DNA of 64,000 nucleotides. It comes from Pavona decussata (taxonomy: Eukaryota). The notes below the pieces were generated by a model that was given only the letters and a program-made list of their open reading frames with translations, was not told the origin of the DNA and made no database searches. The stretch lies in the NCBI GenBank assembly GCA_977016875.1, contig CDRNST010000067.1, positions 3,224,001 through 3,288,000 of the forward strand, in the 5' to 3' direction. Below, piece after piece: positions 1 through 13,699 of this stretch. Positions within the stretch are counted from its first letter, which is position 1; each line of letters begins with the position of its first letter. A program made the translations under genes and the position numbers.

Positions 1-234
1 TTTATGGAACAGTCTTCCTCTGCCAATAAGACAGGAAACATCAATCGACTCTTTTAAACGCTCCGTTAAAACATATTTATTTCAGAAGGCTTTTAGTTGA
101 TTATTTATTTATTCATTTATTTTTAAATATTGTAATTTTATCAGGTAATTTTACTGGTTTTTAATTTAGTTAATAATAATATTGTAATGCGCTTTTGAGT
201 ATTTTATAAATAAAAGCGCAATATAAGTATTAAA

Positions 235-269
<35 letters not shown>
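1..269 (+). mobile_element. 3' end of an L2/CR1-group LINE (ORF2 C-terminus, 3' UTR, (TTA)n tail)
   Basis: Frame from nt 2 reads LWNSLPLPIRQETSIDSFKRSVKTYLFQKAFS* (stop at 100), a typical L2/CR1-group ORF2 end. It is followed by a GCGCTTTT...AAAAGCGC stem-loop and a TTA microsatellite tail at ~235-269. Confidence 0.8.
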
Positions 270-271
<2 letters not shown>

Positions 272-481
272 ATCATCTGCCACTGATGTTGCTTGCCAGC
301 ACCAGGCAACTGCATTTCTAGTATACGGTCTAAACCAGAAATTGTACGATGCTTCGACAGCGTATGGTGATGGCTGTGCCCGTGAAGTAGTGTACCAAAC
401 ACAGTTGCCGATTTACGCCCAACTTGGATTCAGAAATTACTACGCTGAAGTCTTCAGTCATACGCAGTTATTTTTATTCAG

Positions 482-2000
482 GTTAGCACTGGCAAGAACA
501 GCGGCTCAAATAAGCACGACCAGACAGTGAACGAGCTTCGATTAGTAAGGACGATTCTAGAGCGGCTCGAGTGTTCGTATGCAAAACAGGAGGCCAGGCT
601 GGAAAGACTGCTGAGTCTAGTCACAACACAGCCTTCCGAGCATCACAGTGTAGCACCACAGCAACACCAGAGCTGCTCTATACACCACCTATGCCCTTCA
701 GACAGAAACCTGCTGAGACAAGAGTGACCTAGATCACACGCCTTGCATAACAGAACCTGACTGGGTGCTGGACGAGCTAATTCGACAAACGGACTTTGAT
801 TCCGTAGGTATGAAAGTTTTTATGGCTTATGTTCACTGAAATTTTCTTGACATCTGAAGCCCGATTAAGGTAATTAATCCTGGATTAACGTTAACTTTGT
901 TTCGAGTTTAATAACTAATCAATAAAGATTCTTCCAAAAGAGTTTTGGCTCTCAGTTTTGACTTAGACTTTCCTTTACCTTTAGCTTGAAATTAGGCTTT
1001 TAAAGAGTGAGATGAAAACCTTGATTAACTTTTAATTATAGATTAGTGTTAATCGGCTTTCGAACAACCTCAGGAATTCTATGTCCTCGCAATTTGACGA
1101 AACACATTGTTCACTGGTGTTTTGTTTATTATTCTAGTTATCAGAGAAAATCAAAGTCGGAGGAGTTGAAGAGGTCCAGTTAGCAAAAGTGGACTTTGAT
1201 TTTGTAACGGCAGTGACGAATCCAACCGTTATGGCCCTGCGGCTCGTCGACAAGCTATTTTCAAAGGAGGTCCTTACGAATTCCACAGTTCATGGCACCA
1301 AGGACTTCACTCCTCTGGATCACAGAATTATTACTGCAATCAAAGGTAAGCTAACAACACTACACCTGTTTTCATCCTTCAATATTCAATTCAAACAACA
1401 ATTTATTTTTACAAATTCAGAAAAAAAGTTCCTTGTCCCGCAAATAGCCACAAAGCTCGTCGAGGTGAGACAAGACGAGTACGAGAACATAAAGTAAAAT
1501 AAAAAAAATTACAAAACACGCTGGAAAAACGGAAAAGAAAAAATAGAGAAACTTAACTCTTACATAATAACGCAGATTTAGCTACCACTAGCAATATTTT
1601 TAAGAGTTGCCGTACAATATCCCGTTAATGCGAGATTCCTTTGTATAAAAATGATCAGAGGTAGAAGAACGCTTTTTTGTAAGAATGGACATGTGTAAAT
1701 GTGATATGGAAGAAAATGGAAATGGAAATGTGTAAGGAAGAGGTATTAAATTCGGTATGCTTCAGCCTGTGTATTATTTGGGTAATGCCCTGTGTAGCTG
1801 GCGGGATTATTTGAGTATTACTAAACTTGAGTACTCAACAAGAATTTTGTTTTGTTTCAGCGGAAGTGACAAGGAGCTTCGCCTACCAGTGCAGGGATAA
1901 AGAGGAACTTAACAGCATGTGGGAGTCATGTAAAATGAGCATGGGCAAACGCTGCCAAAACTTGAGAAAAAGTAGCGACAAACAAACTACGCAAGATTAA
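482..2000 (+). pseudogene. Spliced BEN-domain gene (exons ~482-803, 1138-1345, 1861-2000); first visible exon disrupted
   Basis: GT-AG splicing joins ...MALRLVDKLFSKEVLTNSTVHGTKDFTPLDHRIITAIK to AEVTRSFAYQCRDKEELNSMWESCKMSMGKRCQNLRK...*, which fits the BEN pattern. Exon 482-803 has a coiled-coil-like stretch but also a frameshift/stop near 715-727. No start codon identified. Confidence 0.65.
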
Positions 2001-2093
2001 TTCGTTAACAACTGTGTGTGTATTTTTGCATGTAATCTAAGTAGATTTCACATTCGTTTTCTTTGTTTTTTTGGAATGCAATGTAAACCTTAA

Positions 2094-2340
2094 AGTGCCA
2101 CTACGACGAAAATTTTTACTTCTATTTTTGCCCTTTTCGTGTTCCAATCTATTTAATGAGTTCGTAATTGCAAAAATAGCTATTAATTAGCTTTATACAA
2201 GCTTACTGATCCTGGGAATAAGTGGCCGAAAACCAGCCAAAACCCGTCCGCCATTACTCCGACGGCAAAGTGACGCCCGTGGTCATTCTAAAATGCGGTT
2301 GCTTGTATGAGATCTTTGTGTGACGTCATACGCGCATCGA
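2094..2340. mobile_element. Unpaired Kolobok-like terminus
   Basis: TTAA (2090-2093) is followed by AGTGCCACTACGACGAAAA, the same TTAA|AGTGCC start as the Kolobok MITE at 36745. A GTGACGTCA motif lies near 2320. No partner end found; right boundary arbitrary. Confidence 0.45.
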
Positions 2341-5091
2341 ACATCATGCGTTCCTTGCAAGAACTCAGTAAACCTCAGTAATCGTAAGTCCTAAAGTAAG
2401 TGAATGGGCAAGATTGTTTGTAAGATTCGCCATCCAGTTTGGTGAAAAGCGATCTAAAGGACAATTTTACCAAATATCTTGGATTATAATTTCCTTGGCG
2501 GTGGATTTGGAGTCGTATGACTGCAAAGAATACGCTTCGAAGACACGCGAACAGCTCATTCAAGCCTGGGATTTACATGTAAAGCCGAAGAAGAAACGAA
2601 TTCACTCCAGCATTTACTCAGCAACTGTATTGGAGGAAGACATATGGTTATTTAATATTCTGGGTATGTTTTCTATTTGGGATAAGTAAACAGAACCTAA
2701 TCACTATTCGCAGAAGCACTTGAGCAACAAATTATTGAATAGGATGGATAACTCCAGACCAGTACATGTTGATGTTATGTTGGTGGCGTGTATGGGACTG
2801 TATGGTGTTCGCAAGTATCAATCAAAGCTGCATAATGAGTCAAGAAAAAAAGAACTATTAAACTCGTTTTTTATAGTTCAATAAAGCTTTGACAAAACTA
2901 AAATGATGTATAATTAACTTCAGTTGAAATGTGGGTAGCTATAGCTGTAATCTACCGAATATTTGCAATATTACAATACTACAGGGCTGTAATCTACCAG
3001 GTATTACCTGGTTACATCCCTTCCTCATTCTACAACAACTTTCAAGCAGTAAATGAAGTAATCATGAGGTGCCTAATATTTTAAAGCCACAGTCCAAGTA
3101 ACATTCAACCATAACTAAAGCCCTTAAATGCAGCTGGAAAACTAAAGATTAATAAGAAAGTTTAGGAGGACAGCTAAGGAGGAAACCCTAGTAGGCTTGC
3201 ATCATATCTCACCCATTTTTGTTATTTCAATAATGTTTGTTCCTTGATCAATGAGGATGTGTGAATCTGAGTGAAACAAGCAAACCAGCCTCTTGATCTC
3301 ATTTAAAACTGCCACTATAATTGTAATCATTTTACATGTTGAGTGTGAAGAGCCAGCATAACACTGTGCTGTAACAGTATTGTGTATTTTCCCACAAAAA
3401 CACACTGTTCACAGACATAAAATTGAAATATTATAGTTATGAAAGAATGACCATCCTTTCCACAGATATACCTTAATTATTCTTGGAGATTCTACCAGAA
3501 ATGAGATTTAATGTCTTTTTTCTTTGGTGTTTTAAATTAAGAGCCAAAATACTTTAACCTCAGCTTATTTTTTGTTTTTGTTCAGCGACATGAACTTCAT
3601 TTTAATTTTTTTCTATCTTGTAATTTTTATCTTACATGACCCCACAAACATTTTCATGCTTTATACTTATACTACGTGTTTGTTGTTTTTCTATTCTGTT
3701 TAGCTTTTTTTTCTGTCAAATAGCCCTGGCTTTCTTATGTTGGATGTTGATATCTGTGGGTTTTTACTTTGGCCTTCAGAAAAAAAACAGAACCAAGAAC
3801 AGCAAAGCCATTTTTTATGCCAATAATACCACATATTTTACTTTATTTCATTTTATTATTATTATTTCTTTTGGGGGGGGGGGGGGGTGGTGGTGGGGAG
3901 TGGGCTTTTTTGTTTTGTTTTTGTTGTTGTTGTTATGACATAACACTCAAATCTCCCTCACTACGAACAAGCCAACAAAATAATTGGCCATCAGTTAACA
4001 ATAATTATTTCCATAATCCCTTCACTGTTTAAATTAATGTGCTTGACCTATATCCAGGAGATTTTTTTGGAAGACTCTCCTATCAGCTATGTTGGCAGTT
4101 TCTAGGATCAAATTTAAAAGTACGCCTTTTGCTGTGGCCCTCTCTGATAACCATTTTCAACAATGAGAATACTCAGAGCACAAGAATGCATGCCATGATC
4201 CCACTGGCCAAAAACCTTCCCTGTATAAAGATAAGTTTACCCTTGAAGTCAGAGGCCAGTCTTGCTGTCTACTCTCACCATGCCTGCAGCATTGTGGTTC
4301 TTGATGACATGGGTACGACAGCAACTTTGGAGTTTGGTTAGGAGCCCCCAAAACCCCTTTCCTTTAAATATAGCGATCTCCCTATACCCAAATACAAATC
4401 CAGACATTTATTCGAAGCAAGAAGCAAGGTTTTGAAAGATAAATAACATTTATTACATTTCAGACATATGCTTACGCAATAACACAGTCACGCAATACAT
4501 ATTACACTCAACTCGTACATGTACCTTGATCTGTCTCTTGTACGCTGCAGCTGACGATACAGATCCCTTTCTTTGCTTCTCAACATGCTATTATTGCTTT
4601 GATCTTTTTGTTGTAACAGCTCCAGAACCCTCAATGCACTGAAAGCAACCGTTCGCAAAGGCTTCACAGCCAACACCATCTTGAATCAAAATAACAATGA
4701 AGAAGAGAATGTTGTGTAGGCCACATTAAGTGTTTTACGGTTTCACATATCGTGGCGAACGCATGTAACCCAAACTTTCGCAAATCTTTCCGTCATCACT
4801 CTTCAAGAGCAGATATTTACAGGTCTGGACAGAAATAAGTTATAAGTACTCATTAAGACTTCCTGAGGTACTTTTCTTCGTGAATTCCAGAGTCAAATTT
4901 TTTATTCATCTGTCTTGCACAATCACGGCACGAAAAAAAATACAAATAAAAAGAAAGCGACCCAGAAGTTAACTCGGTGCCTTACGGCCCGAGTAAAAAA
5001 CAATTAGCCCAAAGGAGATAGAGGACAGATGAAGTAGGAGAACTGCAACTAGATTTGCTACTGATGTTCCAATGTTTAACTTTACATGAAT

Positions 5092-7618
5092 TCAATTACG
5101 TGACCTTGCATTCTCAAGTAATGCTTTGCATTCTACTCCTCCACAGTCAAAGCACTCACAGAAACATATTTTATTATGCAAATTTAATAAGCCCTGTTGA
5201 AGGAACAAAAGTTCTTTCTTATCTTTTGCTAACAGGTTAATCCATGGTCTGAGTCGTTGCAATCTTTCAAAGGTAGCTGTATTGTCCATATGCTTTTCAT
5301 CTAGTTTACAAAAAAGAGGGTGCCCATCGTAATGCCAAGAATCAAATAAAGTGTTTTGAAGGATATGGTCTGTTACATCTCTAATTATATTCATTAAGGG
5401 ATCATTTCTCTTGATGAAAAAAAATTCGCCACTTTTCTCTCTGGTAAATAGAACTGCAAGAATGTTATTTAGCCTTCTGTGCAAATCATCTGAAGGTTAG
5501 CTTGAACCAAGTGAGCTCCTGTAATTTTCTTCAAGGGTGAATCAGAATGTCCAGCTCTTGTTTTGACTCCAATGGAAAATGCTTCAGTAAGCCTATCAGG
5601 GCTTGCACCATAATTAGCATCAAATGGGTGCTTAAAAAACCAACTTTTGGAATTTGAAAACATTAAATATAAACGCTTGTTAGGTCAATGTTACATCCCC
5701 TATTTAGCCTCCTACAACTTCCTACACAAGGGTAGGGTAAAGCAGAGTAAAGAATTTGATGGAAAAACTCTAGAAGGAGGTTTGGGTTAATGTCAATCTC
5801 CCTATCACTGACTCTTGCATCTTGATTCTCCAAAATATTTCAGCACAGGAAGGTGCTATCAATGATAACTGCGAGTAATTTAAATTTTAAAATACTTCTA
5901 ATTTATCTTAAATTTTTTAATTGGTTTGATAAAGTGAAAAATTAGACATCACTCATCTAGAGTTACCTTGTTGTTAGCAGAGCAGCTGAAAGTGGAACTA
6001 CTGTAAACATCCCATTGTTTATTTCATAAGTTTATTGAATAAATAGTAGAGTTCAAGCTATCCCCTTGGACAGCCTCATAAGCAGCCAGTGCTAATTGCT
6101 GCCTTGTCGATAATTAACCACTCACAAGGATCATTTCCATTAATTAATGATGCTTTCTCAGTTTCGCAGTGTCTGCTTATGAGACCTTCAACTGCAATTG
6201 CTCATACCTGAAACTTTAGAGAAGTTATCCAGTGCTGCTGCCTCAACAGCTATCTCCTTTCGAAATTCCTAAACTCCTTTGGTCTGTAAGTGCTTTCATT
6301 CAACTTGTTTCACACACAAAACCAGAAGGAGTCAAATTCTTTTTTTATCACAAAGACCCAGTAAAGAAGGCAGCTTACTGACTGTAATGACCCCTACTCG
6401 ACATGCCATCCACTCTTCAGAGCCTTGGGTCACATTAACATAATCGCTCACATTAATTCTTGTAATCTTTTCATGTTTAGGGAGCTGAACTGTTATAACT
6501 TTTTTACTGCATTGAGAAAGTAAGCTCAACAGCTCCTGAGTTTTATTTTCAGAGAAAATACTATCGTTGCACATGGTAGGGGCCGAAGCTGCTGCAGTTT
6601 CTGGTTGCTCTGAAGGATACAACACACAGTGCCAGATATCTTCAGTCCTGTTTGTAAACCTTGGGGTCAGGATTCCTCCATTATACGTAGAATGTTGATT
6701 TGCATAGTCATGCTCTTTGTGTATGACACTGTTGGAATAGGAGTTTTTGTAGCAGAGATGAAAATACATTCCAGATTCTATTTTAAAGTTACTTAAAGTC
6801 TTAAGAAGTGATTTGAAATGTCCACATCCGTTTGGTGATTGAGTCTGTCTTCCACTTTTGAGCAAATTTCACAGACATCTCTTGCCAGTCAGTCACTTTT
6901 GTCCCAGTCTATGTGATTTTCAGGCAGACTTTCCACTTTCTTTTCTGATCTCTTGTGCATAATTGCCTTTCTAGTGGCAGGCATATTTCTAAAGTATTTA
7001 AGGCGAATGTGTGAGGCAGCTTTGACTTTCCACATGTTTTTCCTGAGTTAGGGCGGTGCCACCTTTGGAGTTTTTCTGTGCATATTAGAGCCAGAAGCAA
7101 CTCCTTATGCAAAGTAAAATGCTTAAGCTGAAGAAAAATCAGTATAGCATGACAACAAAGACCACAGTCGCTAACTGGGCATTCACAATATGCTTTTGGA
7201 GGCATTAAAAAGTACCGTGACTGTATGCCTGTGTTTCATCCATAGAAAAACTCTTTGCGATGCTGTCTAATTTTAAGTAACAAACCAGTGTCAAATATTC
7301 ATCCTGATGACTTGGGTGGTACATTTTCTCTCGGAAGCGCTGTTTTAAATTTATACTCTTTACTAATAAGAGTACCCCTTTTCTCAAATTAAGCCTCTTC
7401 GTTACGAGCGGAGAGTTGTTAAATCAATTCCTCCTTTGATTCGGTGCTCTTTTACTCGAGGCTTCCACAAAATTTGTTCAACAAATCGTTTTCAAGACAC
7501 TCCAGCTTACCTCTCATTAGCTTTTCCTTTATAAAGTCAAGGCTGTAGTCTACTTTAAGAGTTATTCTTTTGCCGAGCCCATCCCATTCTTTCTTAACAG
7601 CAGAGTTGGAGACACCAT
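5092..7618 (-). pseudogene. Decayed SWIM zinc finger + YqaJ/lambda-exonuclease-like (PD-D/ExK) gene, probably transposon-borne
   Basis: YCECPVSDCGLCCH (SWIM-like, ~7190-7150); TQGSEEWMACRVGVITVSKLPSLLG (YqaJ N-terminal motif, ~6430-6355); YGASPDRL...GVKTR...LVQANLQMICT (catalytic motifs, ~5610-5475). Many stops and frameshifts. Confidence 0.65.
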
Positions 7619-7980
7619 CTTGAAATTACTTGTCCGCAAATGTTCGCACTCGTCCCACTCCCTCTCAGTATGAAATTAGGCAATGGATAAAGGACAAACG
7701 TAACTTCAATGTCTGGAGGCCACCATGGCAGATAACAAGCTTCCCGCTCAGCCCATTAAATATCAACACAAACACGGGGAGAGTATGCGTGGACTTGACC
7801 CGAAGGGGCATGTTTTCTAAGCGGTACCGAAAACATGCGCAATTCGAAAATGTTTATCCAAGATATTCTCCTAGAACGTTAAACATTGTCACAAAGCATA
7901 ACTTGATAGCAGAATGACAAGAGCAGGCTGCAAAGTTAAACAAAGTGGCCATAGTTCAACAGAAGAAGAACCATGTGCAC

Positions 7981-8250
7981 CTAAACAGTAAAACATGGCA
8001 GCCAACAGTCAACAAGAGCGACAAGAAAATCAGCAGCAGAAGAGCTGAGTTTATCCGAGATTAGAAGTATGCTTGTTGGAATTGACTCAAAGATGTCCAC
8101 TATCCTGGTAAAAAACAACGACTTATCCAGTGAACTAGCCCCATTGAAGAATGCGTTCGATGCCCAAAAGAGGACATTAAAAGACACAAAATAGTTACTT
8201 AAACAAACGATGATGGTGTAACCGATTTGATAGCTGCAGAAGGTAAATAC
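7981..8250 (+). pseudogene. Possible LINE ORF1 coiled-coil remnant
   Basis: Plus frame reads AEELSLSEIRSMLVGIDSKMSTILVKNNDLSSELAPLKNAFDAQKRTLKDTK*, a heptad-like sequence just upstream of an ORF2 fragment. Assignment rests only on composition and context. Confidence 0.35.
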
Positions 8251-8329
8251 CATCTAAAATGTTACACCAAGTTTCAAAGAAGTGTTGAAAATAACACAGG
8301 ATGTAAACAAGAGGAGAATAAGTTGTTTA

Positions 8330-9810
8330 CATATCTTCTTTGCTACCTACCCCTGAACATATAGTGAAAGAATTAAACTATTTGATATACAATTTCCTAT
8401 GGAAAGGTAAAGACAAAGTAACTAGAGTATCTGCAATAAATAATTATGAGGGAGGTGGCCTCAAAATGGTTGATATTGAAAGCATGATCAAATCTCTCCG
8501 CCTCTCCTGGTTGAAAAGAATCTTTGGTGATAATTCAGGCGTTTGGAAAAGCTATTTAGAATATCTTCTAAAAGAAACAGGTGGTCTGGTTCTTTTTAAT
8601 TGCAATTATTATATTAAAGACTTAAATATTAATTCTCAATTCTATGCAGAGTTATTGAAATGGTGGTCTGAGTTTCGCGAAGACAATGCAAATGATACTA
8701 ACTGGCATTACTTTATTTGGAATAATCAAGAAATACGAATAAACAATAAACCAGTTTTCTATAAAAGGTACTTCAATAATGGGATTCGAACTGTGGGCGA
8801 CTTACGCTTTGATCTTAATAATATCGCCTCTTATGAATTACAAGCAAAATACATAGAGAAGACGAATTTCTGGAATGGACTGGTCTACGCCACTCCATAC
8901 TGCTCAATTTAAGAAATGCTAATTATAAACCGGATCCCATAGTCCTAAATCCATCCTTCAAAACTGACAGTGGTCTTTTCGATGTAACTAAAAAGAAATC
9001 TAAAGATTACTATTCCCTTTTTGTCCGTAAAAAGGCACGCTTCCCTAATTATGCGCAAAAACTAAAGTGTGAATTTAATTTATCTGATGAGGCGTTGAAA
9101 AAAGCTTTCTGTCTTCCCCATTCAGTTGCTTTTGAGCCATACGTTCAGGCCTTTCAGTTTAAGGTATTAAACTCTATACTTTACACTAATTCAAAATTAC
9201 ATAAAATCGGCTATATTTCAGACAATTTGTGCTCTTTTTGCAAACGGGAATCAGCAACTATACAGCATCTCTTTTATAATTGTTCTTACTCAATTACTTT
9301 TTGGCAAGACTTTGAATTATATTACTTATCCCTGACAAAACAACAAATACATCTTGAGTTGAGAGATATTTTAATCAGTGTTCTAACACCAGAATGCCCC
9401 TTACTAAATTACCTGTTATTTATAGGAAAAATTTATTTATGGGGGTGTAGAAGAAATAACGAACTGCCGAATATAGGTGGTTACAAATTTAAAGTATCGT
9501 TAAAGAATGACATAGAGAAATTTATTTGTACGAAAAATAATACATTAGACATATTTAAAAAGAAATGGACAATACTTAGACCAATTTAATATATATATGA
9601 CTTGTACGGGTGTGACTTTCAATTTTTGTGAGTGAGTGCATGAGAGCATGAGATGAGTGAGTGAGTGTTGTGAATGGTGTGTTAGCGGGCCAGCGAGTGA
9701 GTAAGCTAATTGTAGTATTGTACAAAGTGTAAGTGCGTAAGTACTGTCTAGTTTATTTTTGTATGTAACTGTGTGTTTTTTTGCAAATAAAAATTAAAAA
9801 AAAAAAAAAA
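8330..9810 (+). mobile_element. 5'-truncated L1/Tx1-clade LINE (post-RT part of ORF2 with zf-RVT, 3' UTR, poly-A)
   Basis: ORFs 8340-8912 (FLWKGK...GGLKMVDI...WLKR, FIWNN) and 9095-9589 (FQFKVLNSILYTN...CSFCKRESATIQHLFYNC). AATAAA at ~9786 is followed by a poly-A run ending ~9810. Confidence 0.88.
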
Positions 9811-9899
9811 GAAAACAACCTCTGGACTCGCTTAGAGATAAAGTTTCCTTTGTTCAGTCTCTCAAAAGGCTAAGTGATTTTCAAATGGATAAAATGAAG

Positions 9900-11788
9900 A
9901 TAAAGATGATGCTTATGTGTCTCTGATTGAAGCACTCGAACAGATTTCCCACAGAAAGGGATTGCTGGTGCCTCACATACAACGAGACAGCAAAGCTGTC
10001 AGAAGATACAAAGCGATATATGGCACTGTTTGTGAACAGGAGAATGATCACAAAGATAGCAGGTCGGCATGAATGCAGCGAGATTAGCCAGATGTTGGTA
10101 AACTGGTTGCACAGTTCTAGAAGTACAAGGTGTTTTGGCTAACAACTGACTTAGTTGCAGTCACCACTGGTGACATTGCTTCTGATGAAGTAAAGCATGG
10201 CCTCCTTCAAGCACAAGCTGTGGGAAACAATGTCATTAAGAACTTTGTTTGTGAGAGGTTGATTACCAAGAAGACAAAGTTCCATGAGAAGATTGCACAG
10301 CAGAAGTGCAAGACATTCGAAATGCTTTATTTGGTTCCTGTTACAACGGATAGAGATAAAACTCTTGCCGTTAAGGCAGACAGAGATCTTTTCAGGCGAG
10401 TAATTGTTGCTCTTGAATCCGGACGCGATGTACATGTTGATCTATTACTGCAAAAGGAGTTGTCGTTGGTACCACTGTCTCTAGCTACTGTAAATGCTAC
10501 TGTAAGCTAAGATCTCTTTCAAACAAGGCTGACTTGAGTCATATCCTAGAAGAAAACATTAAGCAGAGCAATGCCCCCTTGAATCACAGTTACACTTGCA
10601 CAACTGACGGAATGGCTGTCGTACAATCCATGGGGAACCGAGCTGGAGTGAAGACATTCAGGGAGTGGTGTGATATGTCTTTGAGGTATGTTGCATCAAA
10701 TTTTTCAGAAAGATCTAGGGGGGTTGATGTTGTCTTTGACCGCTATCAAAAGAACTCCATTGAAGACAGAACGCGTGCCAAGAGAACGTGGATAGCAGAG
10801 AACAAATGTTTGGAAAATGGGACAGATTTATCATCCTGGACGAGAAAAAAGAAACTTTAGCAAACTTTCTTTGCATAACACTGTCTCAAAAAATAGCATG
10901 GTGTTGAGTGGGGGCTTCAGTTAATCAATGAAGGTGTGGTCTTCTAGTGAGAGAGATCTGGAATGTTTGGCTTCAGACCATGAAGAGGCTGACATACAAA
11001 TTATCCTACATGCAAGAGATGCTGACACCAGAGGTTATCAGCAGGTAAACATCATGTGTTGCGACACTGATGTCCTCGTTCCACTAGTTGGACACCTACA
11101 GAACCTCTCTCTCCTGCTGCTTGGATGTTCACTGGGACAGCAAAGAAGAAGCTTTATATTCCAGTGCATAAGATCCGTATAAGAGAAAAGGAGTTGCCTG
11201 CTAGCCTTCCATGCCATCACTAGCTGTGACACCACTAGCCATGTCCTTGGGAATCAGTCAGCTTGGAGAACGTTTGCCACATGCCCAGGGCTGCTTGAGC
11301 GTCTTGGTGAAGATCAAAATCCAAATCGCGAGGTCCTCTCCAATGCTGAAGCCTTTGTCTGACAGGTTTTCAATTGTGGAACAAAGGAAGTCCTTATCAA
11401 CAACGAAAGGGCTGCGGCATTTCGGAGAGGAAAGAAAAGTTTTGATGGACTCCCTCCAACTGAAGATGCCCTACATCTTCACATCAAGCAAGCTCACCTT
11501 CAGGCATTTACATGGAAGAAGGCTTTAGAACCCTGCCCTGTGTTGCCTAGCCCGGAGGGGAATGGATGGCACTGTGAAGAAGGTATTCTCAAGCTTACAC
11601 TGGTCACTATGCCACAGGTATCAGCAGGATGCATACAACTGATATATCTTGGATGCACACGGGAGGGAACTTGCTGTGCTACAAGGCGTTGCAAGTGTGA
11701 TCGGTTGTCTCTAAATTGCTCCAGAGCTTGTAAACGCGAGGACTTATGCAGAAACATAACTGTTATAGATAAGGAGTGCTTAACATAG
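9900..11788 (+). mobile_element. Decayed, internally deleted AcademX-type element (XPG-like nuclease and Cys-rich C-terminus)
   Basis: Fragments DGMAVVQ, DVVFDRY, DHEEADIQIILHA, DTDV, FHAITSCDTTS, LPPT and CCATRRCKCDRLSLNCSRAC occur in the same order as in the element at 26244-33028. Termini not identified. Confidence 0.75.
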
Positions 11789-11859
11789 TTGTTTCTCAGA
11801 CTGGATATCGAGAACAGATGTTTGTATTTTGTAGTGCAGGTTTATTTATAAAAGCTGTC

Positions 11860-12284
11860 AGACAAAGGCTTCGAGGAGACAAAATCTTGACATTACCAAA
11901 AGTAAACACGACTAAGTACGGGCTTAAATCACTCAGATACGAAGGAGCCAACCTGTGGAATAAACTACCGAATGAATACCGAAAAGCGGACTCTTACAGA
12001 CTGTTCAAGAAACAGATATTAGATACGGATTTGGCCGGCCGCTACATGTTGTAATCAAATGCTGATATATTTTAAAACATTTTATACAATTTTATACTAT
12101 ATATTCAATAATCTTAGAAACATTGTAAATAGTATCTTTCTCATCTTTTTCAGTATTTTCGCTTATCATTTTCATTACTTTTTCCTTTTATTATTATTAT
12201 TACTATTTCATTTTGTGACTATTCCTGTAAAGTAGCTGGTTAGCTAAGTGTTTAGTCACGTTAATAAACTTACTTACTTACTTA
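11860..12284 (+). mobile_element. 3' fragment of a CR1/L2-group LINE with (TTAC)n tail
   Basis: LTLPKVNTTKYGLKSLRYEGANLWNKLP...FKKQI; AATAAA then ACTTACTTACTT tail at ~12263-12284. A second very short (TTAC)n-tailed 3' end lies at ~12390-12458. Confidence 0.75.
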
Positions 12285-13699
12285 TTCACAGTCCTACTAT
12301 GATATACTGCCTAATCAAATCTTTTATAAGAAAAGCTTCAAATTGTGTACTTTACTACTTAAGAGTGTAATACAACATCTTTAATATTATTTACACGACC
12401 CCACAAGCTGCATAGTTTAAATACTTATCGTGTCTAAATAAAGGTTTTACTTACTTACATGTGGGCTCATGTAACAGTTCATAGACAGACCACCATAAAG
12501 AACTGTTAACTGGATGGTTTGTTTAGTTTTATTGACATGTTTAGGTCCGCCAACTTCTTTTAAATTTGTTTTCTTGGTATGGACCATGTGACTCGAGTAA
12601 AATGTTACGTGACCAATGCTATGTTATAAATTAAATTTTACATGCTTAGTGGCACGTTGTCAACATCTTCTGTAATTTTTCCTGTGGTTTTGCTGATGTT
12701 TTGCAATTGTTGGTCCAGCCTCGTTTCCATGTTCAAAAAGCTTATGATTTGTCACGTGACCCACCATAAGCAGAAATCTTAACTTAATATGTGTTTATCT
12801 ACGAAACAGATATTTTCAGTAATTTTTGTGTGGTTTTGCTGATGTTTTGTATGGTTTTATCACGATCCTTGGTCCTGCCTCGTTCCCATGTAGCAGAAAT
12901 GAGGCTGTGCGAAAATATCCCCTTAACTGCCATACCCATCAAAATCAGCAAGGGAAACAGCAAAATTCTAAGAAAAGATCCCAAAACGAACATTTTGAGC
13001 CCTGTTTTGTGCTTCTACTAAAAAAATTTATGAAAATCAATTTTTTTCGACTTGGCCTCCTAACTATTAATGACAAAATTTTGTGTCAAGCTTTGATTTC
13101 CTTCTGGCAGAATGGCATTTGATTTCCTTACGGTGGAACAGAATTTCATTGACGTCGTAAGATGACAATAAAAGGATTCACATCTGTGTGGTAACAAACT
13201 GAAAAAATTAAAGGTTGAAAACAAACAAACAAAATGCTTCTGGTGTTCCCCCGATTTGCTGTATTTTCATGGAACTTTCTACTGCTGCTTGGCAAAACGA
13301 GATCAGACGAATAACATATCAAGTCATCAAGGCGATGGAAGAAGCAGAAAAAGCAAAGACGGGCTCGGATTGACTCCTTGTTCTTGTAAGATCGCATCTT
13401 AGGATCGATCGGTCACTGTGATTGAATCTTGTTGTTTCTCGCTTTCTACTCTTTGCATTGCTTCACCATCTTCTGTGGTGGCAAAAAAACGTATTGCGCG
13501 TTAACTGGGCGTAAAGTTTTGTAAAATTATGGTCTGGTTGGTTTTTTTGTTTACATAAAAAAAATTAATGCGGATGCCATATTACCCATCTGATGGCCTG
13601 GGGAAAAAAAGCATGATTTCCCGTTTTTCCAAAAAAGAGGTCAGGCAACAGTTTCCGCTTCACATAATTCAAAACAAGAACATTTTGAGGGCTCTCAGG

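Noticed and set aside
166-402. Poly-Ile ORF; likewise the poly-Gly ORFs at 3636-4032 and the poly-Leu start at 59196
   Set aside because: Artefacts of (TTA)n, G-run and (CTA)n simple repeats.
12500-13140. Possible right TIR of the decayed Academ (GTCACGTGACC motif, short duplication at ~12672 and ~12819)
   Set aside because: No matching left TIR or clear ...GGACTA terminus found.
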